A program made the position numbers and the translations under genes. Positions 58,444-64,000 of a DNA stretch of 64,000 nt are shown one piece after another. The DNA lies in assembly GCA_039589315.1 (NCBI GenBank), contig JBDHHQ010000001.1:32001-96000 (forward strand), read 5' to 3'. Each line of letters starts with the position of its first letter. The stretch's first letter is position 1. This DNA comes from Gemmatimonadota bacterium. GTDB taxonomy: Bacteria > Gemmatimonadota > Gemmatimonadetes > Longimicrobiales > Gaopeijiaceae. A model generated the notes under the pieces. That model was not told the DNA's origin and ran no database searches. It saw only the letters and a program-made list of their open reading frames with translations.

Positions 58444-61104
58444 ATGCGGGTCAGCGAGCTAGCAACAGACCTCGGGGTAGGGGGAAGCGCCCTGCTCCGT
58501 CTCCTTCGGGAGATGGGTATCCCCGTTGCCGATCAGAGTGCTCCGGTGTCGGACGCCGACGTGTCACGCGTGTTGGCACGGATGGAGCGTGAGCGACGGG
58601 CCGGCCACGAGCGTCCGGGCGAGGCGCTCCAGGCGGCCATCGAGGACTCGAAGACGGCGCCCCGGCGGCGGCGGCGCCGCCGCTCGGTGCCGGAGCCCGA
58701 GCCGGAGCTCGTGGTCGAAGAACCCGAGGTCGATGAAGCCGAGCTCGAGTTGGCCGGCGAGGCCGCGGACGAAGAGACGGTCGGTGCCGAGGCGCCCGAG
58801 CCGACGGAGCCCGAGCCGGTCGCCGTCGAAGAACCCCCGGTAGACGTCCCGGTGGCCGAAGCGCCGGCTGAGGAGGAGCCGCCGGTCGAGGAGGAGTTCG
58901 AGCCCGAGCCTGCCGTGGAGGTCGAGGCGGTCCTGGAGGCTGAGCCCGAAGCCGCGGAGACGGCCGCGGCGAAGCCCGCCTCGGTGCGTGAGCTCGTGGG
59001 CGAAGCCCGCCCGGGCCGGCGGACCATGAAGCAGGACGCCGCGCCCGAGCGCAAGCCGACCCCTGCGGCGAGCGCCGCCCCCGGTGGGCAGGTCCGCATC
59101 CAGGCCGAGGGATACACCACGGACGGCCGCCGCAAGAGCGGCGTGAAGAAGAAGGGCAAGAAGCGGGGACGGGTCGACAAGGAGGCGGTGCAGGAGAACA
59201 TCCAGCGGGTCATGGCCGAGCTGAAGGGCGGCGGTGGCGGCAAGAAGCGCCGCAAGGCCCGTCAGGCGGCCCAGGTCCGGGAAGAGCGAGAGTTGGCGGC
59301 CGAGGAGGCCCGGCAGGAAGCCGAGCGGGAGGCCCAGACGGTCAAGGTGAACGAGTTCCTGACCGTGGCCGAGCTCGCGGAGCTGGTGGACGTGTCGTCC
59401 ACCGAGATCATCGGCTCGGCGTTCAAGAACCTGGGCATGATGGTCACCATCAACCAGCGCCTCGACTTCGACCAGATCGAGCTCCTCCTGGACGAGTTCG
59501 GCATGGCGGCCGTACGGGAAGAGGAGTACGGTACCGAGGCCGAGGTCGAGGAAGTGGAGGAGGACCGAGCCGAGGACCTGCAGCCCAGGCCGCCGGTCGT
59601 CACGGTCATGGGCCACGTCGACCACGGGAAGACGCTGCTCCTGGACTCGATTCGGAAGACCAACGTGGTCGCAGGCGAGGCAGGAGGCATCACGCAGCAC
59701 ATCGGTGCCTACCACGTACAGCTTCCGGACAGCCGGACGATCAGCTTCCTGGATACACCGGGACACGCCGCCTTTACGGCCATGCGGGCCCGCGGGGCCG
59801 ACGTGACCGACATCGTCGTCTTGGTCGTGGCAGCGGACGACTCGGTCATGCCCCAGACCATCGAGGCCATCAGCCACGCCAAGAATGCCGGTGTGCCGCT
59901 GATCGTGGCCGTGAACAAGATCGACCTGCCTGCTGCCGATCCGCTGAAGGTCAAGCAGGAGCTCCTCCAGCACGAGGTGACGCTCGAGGACTTCGGTGGT
60001 GATGTGCTGAGCGCCGACATCAGCGCCAAGACGGGGCAGGGGATCGACGATCTGCTCGACAAGATCCTGCTCCAGGCCGAGCTGTTGGAGCTCAAGGCCA
60101 ACCCCGACCGACCTGCTCAGGGGACCGTCATCGAGGCCAAGCTGGACGTGGGGAAGGGGCCCGTCGCCAGCGTCCTCGTGCAGCGGGGCACGCTGCGTGT
60201 CGGTGACAACTTCGTGGTCGGTCAACACGACGGGCGGGTCAGGGCCCTCCTCGACGAGCGCGGTCAGACCGTGACCGCGGCCGGGCCCGGCATTCCGGTC
60301 CAGGTGTTGGGCGCAGGAGGGGTTCCCCAGGCCGGGGACACCATGAGCGTGATGGAGGCCGAGAAGGCGACCGAGATCGCGACGGCCCGACAGCGCCTCG
60401 AGCGGGAGAAGCAACTTCGCATCAGGGAGCGCGGGTTCAAGCTGGGCGACTTCTCGCAGCTCCGTGCCGAGGGCCAGGTCAGCACCCTGCCGTTGATCAT
60501 AAAGGCCGACGTGGACGGCTCGGTGCAGGCTCTCTCGGATGCGCTGGAGCAGCTGAGCACCAGCGAGGTTCAGGTCGACATCATCCATCGTGCCGTCGGG
60601 GCCATCAACGAGGAGGATGTCCTCCTCGCCCAGACGGGTCGCGCCGTGATCATCGGCTTCCGGGTTCGCCCGCACACCAACGCGCGGCAGATGGCCGAGC
60701 GGGACGACATCGACATCCACGTCTACGACGTCATCTACGACGCCGTGGACGAGGTGCGGTCTGCCCTGGAGGGCATGCTGGCACCGGAGCGGCGGGAGAA
60801 GATCCACGGAGCCGCGGAGGTCCGGGAGATCTTCAAGATCACCAAGGTGGGGACCATCGCCGGGTGTCATGTGATCGAAGGCGTCATCGACCGGAAGGGC
60901 AGGGCCAGGCTCATCCGGGACGGCATCGTCGCGTACGACGGCGAGCTCGCGTCGCTCAAGCGGTTCAAGGACGACGTGAAGGAGGTTCGGGAGGGCTTCG
61001 AGTGCGGGATCGGGATCGCCAACTACAACGACGTCAAGGTCGGCGACATCATCGAGTGCTACACGGTGGAGGAGTTCGCGAGGACGCTGGCCGGGACCAC
61101 CTGA
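58444..61104 (+). CDS. infB: Translation initiation factor IF-2
   Basis: [57 protein letters not shown]. Confidence 0.97.
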   Translation: MRVSELATDLGVGGSALLRLLREMGIPVADQSAPVSDADVSRVLARMERERRAGHERPGEALQAAIEDSKTAPRRRRRRRSVPEPEPELVVEEPEVDEAELELAGEAADEETVGAEAPEPTEPEPVAVEEPPVDVPVAEAPAEEEPPVEEEFEPEPAVEVEAVLEAEPEAAETAAAKPASVRELVGEARPGRRTMKQDAAPERKPTPAASAAPGGQVRIQAEGYTTDGRRKSGVKKKGKKRGRVDKEAVQENIQRVMAELKGGGGGKKRRKARQAAQVREERELAAEEARQEAEREAQTVKVNEFLTVAELAELVDVSSTEIIGSAFKNLGMMVTINQRLDFDQIELLLDEFGMAAVREEEYGTEAEVEEVEEDRAEDLQPRPPVVTVMGHVDHGKTLLLDSIRKTNVVAGEAGGITQHIGAYHVQLPDSRTISFLDTPGHAAFTAMRARGADVTDIVVLVVAADDSVMPQTIEAISHAKNAGVPLIVAVNKIDLPAADPLKVKQELLQHEVTLEDFGGDVLSADISAKTGQGIDDLLDKILLQAELLELKANPDRPAQGTVIEAKLDVGKGPVASVLVQRGTLRVGDNFVVGQHDGRVRALLDERGQTVTAAGPGIPVQVLGAGGVPQAGDTMSVMEAEKATEIATARQRLEREKQLRIRERGFKLGDFSQLRAEGQVSTLPLIIKADVDGSVQALSDALEQLSTSEVQVDIIHRAVGAINEEDVLLAQTGRAVIIGFRVRPHTNARQMAERDDIDIHVYDVIYDAVDEVRSALEGMLAPERREKIHGAAEVREIFKITKVGTIAGCHVIEGVIDRKGRARLIRDGIVAYDGELASLKRFKDDVKEVREGFECGIGIANYNDVKVGDIIECYTVEEFARTLAGTT

Positions 61105-61192
61105 AGACCGGAGAGGGCCCCGAGCCGACTCCGGATCGACTGGCCGACGTGACCACCGCATGCATCGGGCTTCTGGTGGGAGGTAGGAGCCG

Positions 61193-61474
61193 TTGATCGT
61201 CGGCGTGCTCTCCTGGCAGCTTTCCCTACCCGGGTGCGGGTCCTTGAAGGAGAAGCGCTCGGTCGTACGGTCTCTCAAGGAACGCCTGAAGCATCGCTTC
61301 AACGTGTCCGTGGCCGAGACCGGCCATCAGGACGTCTGGAACCGTGCCGAGATCACGGTGGCCATGGTGGCGGCCGATCGCCGGTTCGCCGAATCGGTCA
61401 TGGACAAGCTCGACTATTTCGTGGCCGGGAACGGACGGGCCATCGTCCTCGACACCTTCCGCGAGCTGTACTGA
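61193..61474 (+). CDS. DUF503 (YlxP-like) protein
   Basis: SLKEKRSVV.SLK.RL..RFNVSVAE...QD.W; between infB and rbfA. Confidence 0.88.
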   Translation: MIVGVLSWQLSLPGCGSLKEKRSVVRSLKERLKHRFNVSVAETGHQDVWNRAEITVAMVAADRRFAESVMDKLDYFVAGNGRAIVLDTFRELY

Positions 61475-61518
61475 CCGCATGAGTCTCGCCCCGCCCGGGC
61501 GGAGAGAAGCCAACATCC

Positions 61519-61914
61519 ATGTCGACCAAGCGGCTCGCCCGCCTGAACGAACAGATCAAGCGGGAGATCTCCGAGATCCTCCGGCGTGACGTGCGTGATC
61601 CCCGCGTAGGCGCGGTGACCGTCACGCGCGTCGAGGTATCGGGCGACCTCTGGGTGGCCCGCGTGTTCGTGCGTCTCGCCGGAGCCGTTGAGGAACGGGG
61701 TGAGGGCCTGGCGGGCCTGGAGGCGGCCGCGCCCTTCATGCGGCGACTGCTCGGCCGCGAGCTCCACATCCGTCGCGTGCCCGAGCTCCATTTCCGCGAG
61801 GATCGGGCCCTCGACCACGCCACCCGCATCGACCGGATCTTGAAGGACCTGTCCGTACCCCCCGCCGAGGACGACGGCGCCGGGTCCGACGGTGACGGGG
61901 GCACCGACGCATGA
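61519..61914 (+). CDS. rbfA: Ribosome-binding factor A
   Basis: RL.EQIKREIS, DPR, VT.VEVS.DL..ARVF, RRVPELHF..D. Confidence 0.95.
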   Translation: MSTKRLARLNEQIKREISEILRRDVRDPRVGAVTVTRVEVSGDLWVARVFVRLAGAVEERGEGLAGLEAAAPFMRRLLGRELHIRRVPELHFREDRALDHATRIDRILKDLSVPPAEDDGAGSDGDGGTDA

Positions 61915-62801
61915 AGCCGCCGTCCCCGGGAGGCGTGATCCGGGTGGACAAGCCCGCCGGGCCCACGTCCCACGACATCGTGGCGCGAGCGCGTCGAGCG
62001 CTCGGCGTGCGGCGCATCGGGCACACCGGAACCCTCGACCCGTTCGCGTCGGGTCTCCTGCTACTTTGCGTGGGGCCCGCGACGCGGCTGGCCGAATACC
62101 TCACCGGGCTGGACAAGACCTACCTGGCCACCGCCGTCATGGGGCAGTCCACCGACACCGACGATCTGGAGGGCGAGGTCGTTCGGGTGAGCGAGGCATG
62201 GCGGGAGCTGGACGTTGCCCACATCTCCGAAGCCCTGTCCGAGTTCGTCGGGCTGATCGAGCAGGTGCCACCGGCGTTCTCCGCCAAGAAGGTGGGAGGA
62301 GAGCGCATGTACCGGCGGGCCCGCCGAGGCGAGACTGTGCGTCTCGACCCCGCCTCCGTCCAGATCCATGAGGCGCGGGTGCTCGGCGTGGACCTGCCCG
62401 AGGTGAGGTTCGAGCTCAGCTGCTCGAGCGGAACCTACGTGAGAGCGGTTGCCCGGGACCTGGGTGAGCGCGTGGGCACGGGCGCACACCTGAAGGCCCT
62501 GCGACGCACGCGGATCGGTGCGTTCACCGTAGGAGACGCCGTATCCGGCGACGAGCTGCACGACGCGGCCGGCATGAAGGCAGCCTGGCTGGAGCCGGCG
62601 CGTGCGCTCCCTCATCTGCCCAAGGTGCGCGTCGGCGACGAGGAGGCGGCCCGCATCCGTCATGGACAGGCTGTACCGCTGGAGAGTGACGAACTCCCGG
62701 AAGGGGCAACGCTGGCCGTGCTCCACGACGACGAGCTGCTGTGCATAGCCACGAGTAGCGGCGGCCGCGTCCGCCCCCGTAAGGTCTTCGGTGATGGCTG
62801 A
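61911..62801 (+). CDS. truB: tRNA pseudouridine(55) synthase
   Basis: DKP.GPTSHD, GHTGTLDPFASG, QVPP.FSAKKVGG, CSSGTYVR. Confidence 0.96.
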   Translation: MKPPSPGGVIRVDKPAGPTSHDIVARARRALGVRRIGHTGTLDPFASGLLLLCVGPATRLAEYLTGLDKTYLATAVMGQSTDTDDLEGEVVRVSEAWRELDVAHISEALSEFVGLIEQVPPAFSAKKVGGERMYRRARRGETVRLDPASVQIHEARVLGVDLPEVRFELSCSSGTYVRAVARDLGERVGTGAHLKALRRTRIGAFTVGDAVSGDELHDAAGMKAAWLEPARALPHLPKVRVGDEEAARIRHGQAVPLESDELPEGATLAVLHDDELLCIATSSGGRVRPRKVFGDG

Positions 62802-63738
62802 TTGGGCCATCGATCCATCCCTCCCTCGCGGCCTGCCCGAGAACGGGAGGGGGACCGTGGTGACGGTGGGGACCTTCGACGGCGTGCACCGGGGGCACTG
62901 GGCCGTCCTCCAGGAGATTCGGCGGCGCGCCCAGGCGTCGGGGCGCCGCAGCGTGCTGGTGACCTTTCACCCGCATCCCCTTCGCATCGTCCGCCCGGAG
63001 GCCGCTCCCGAGCTCCTCACCACGCCCGTGGAGAAGAAGGAGATCCTGGCCGAGTCCGGTCTGGACTACGCGGTCTTCTTACCCTTTTCTCCCGCCCTCT
63101 CCCGGTATTCTCCGCGGAGGTTCGTGGAGGAGGTGCTCATCGGCCGCTTGGGGGTCCAGGAGCTGGTCATCGGCTACGATCACGGGTTCGGGCGCGGGCG
63201 ATCCGGTGACGCGGATACCCTCAGGGAGATCGGCCGGGAGCTGAGGTTCGCCGTGGACGTGGTGGGTCGCGTCCTGGCCGACGGCGACGCCGTGTCGTCG
63301 ACCCATATCCGCGCGGCCGTACGAGCCGGAGACATGGGCTCGGCCGCCCGCGGCCTGGGCCGCCCCTACGGAGTCCGTGGCCTGGTGGTCCGCGGTGACG
63401 GACGCGGCCGCACCCTCGGGTTCCCCACAGCCAACCTCGTCGTGCCGGGCGGAGACAAGCTGATCCCGCCCGAGGGCATCTACGCGGTTCGAGGCGTTCT
63501 CCGCACGGGCACCTACGGCGGGGCGCTGCACCTGGGTCCGAGGCCCACGTTTCGCGGCTCGCCGCCCACGATCGAGCTCCACCTGATGGACTTCGCGGGC
63601 GACCTGTACGGTGAGGAGGTCCGGGTGGACTTCGTGCGACGCCTCCGGGCGATTCAGCCCTTCTCGACCGTCGAGGCGCTCGTGGAACAGATGAGCCGAG
63701 ACGTTTCGCTGGCCCGCCGAGTCCTGGACGAATCTTGA
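62794..63738 (+). CDS. ribF: Bifunctional riboflavin kinase / FAD synthetase
   Basis: GTFDGVHRGH, TFHPHP, GYDHGFG, SST.IR, GRTLGFPTAN, G.RPTF. Confidence 0.96.
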   Translation: MADWAIDPSLPRGLPENGRGTVVTVGTFDGVHRGHWAVLQEIRRRAQASGRRSVLVTFHPHPLRIVRPEAAPELLTTPVEKKEILAESGLDYAVFLPFSPALSRYSPRRFVEEVLIGRLGVQELVIGYDHGFGRGRSGDADTLREIGRELRFAVDVVGRVLADGDAVSSTHIRAAVRAGDMGSAARGLGRPYGVRGLVVRGDGRGRTLGFPTANLVVPGGDKLIPPEGIYAVRGVLRTGTYGGALHLGPRPTFRGSPPTIELHLMDFAGDLYGEEVRVDFVRRLRAIQPFSTVEALVEQMSRDVSLARRVLDES

Positions 63739-63838
63739 GGGAGCGACGCGACCGTCCCGAGCGAGGCCGGTCGGAAAGCCAGTGCGCCCCCTCTGACGGC
63801 CCAGGGTTGGCGCGCCGGGTCGGACGTGGTGCCCCTCC

Positions 63839-63867
63839 TTGAAGCGGTATGCCGGTTTGGCTAGCTT
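63839..63867 (+). promoter_or_regulatory. Sigma-70 promoter of rpsO
   Basis: TTGAAG-N17-TAGCTT. Confidence 0.55.
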
Positions 63868-63933
63868 AAAGGGCTTACATTCAAACGAAAACCGCGCTTC
63901 CCTTGCAGCGCAGACTCCTGCGGAGGCCACGTC

Positions 63934-64000
63934 ATGATCGACAAAGACGCCATCATCAAGAAGTACCAGCTCCACGACAAGGACCGGGGAAGCGCTCCCG
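63934..64000 (+). CDS. rpsO: 30S ribosomal protein S15, 5' part (truncated by window edge)
   Basis: MIDKDAIIKKYQLHDKDRGSAP.. after GGAGG; matches the S15 N-terminus (K..II..Y..H..DTGS) and its usual position after ribF. Confidence 0.85.
   Translation, partial: MIDKDAIIKKYQLHDKDRGSAP

Noticed and set aside
58564..61302. 912-aa - strand ORF
   Set aside because: Antisense shadow of infB; the same applies to the long ORFs opposite pntB, serS, pcrA, nusA and murA

Overview
High-GC (roughly 70%, by eye) bacterial chromosomal window made up almost entirely of core genes. Gene order and protein style suggest Gemmatimonadota (inference, no search run). From left to right: dnaJ 3' end; iscS-mnmA; a standalone HIRAN gene; a tolC-adaptor-two MacB-type permeases-bshB1 run with no ATPase gene; a creatininase-family gene head-to-head with a 1378-aa membrane histidine kinase; three-gene pntAaAbB; a Tat-signal amidase; comM/yifB; a second cysteine desulfurase with thpR; an NtrC/NtrX-type regulator; a matrixin; an aldehyde dehydrogenase remnant; lepB; a short sigma-70; rplM-rpsI-rpsB-tsf-pyrH-frr-uppS-cdsA-dxr-rseP; a receiver-manC-GlmU-like-MBL operon; an HmuY-like lipoprotein, serS, a histidine kinase, pcrA and gatCAB; DUF948-YtxH-like-Zn phospholipase C; murA; a phasin-like gene; and rimP-nusA-L7Ae-infB-DUF503-rbfA-truB-ribF-rpsO (5' end). 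I saw no tRNA, rRNA, CRISPR array, transposase, integrase or prophage. I cannot claim a clear-cut new system. The best leads are the altered-creatininase/giant-kinase/RsbRD_N-like cluster, a repeated ECF-type promoter motif (CGSGAAC-N14-YGTGT) before three genes, the ATPase-less MacAB-TolC operon, the spliced-looking ALDH remnant, tandem terminator-like hairpins in the rimP leader and a Cys-to-Asp MurA.
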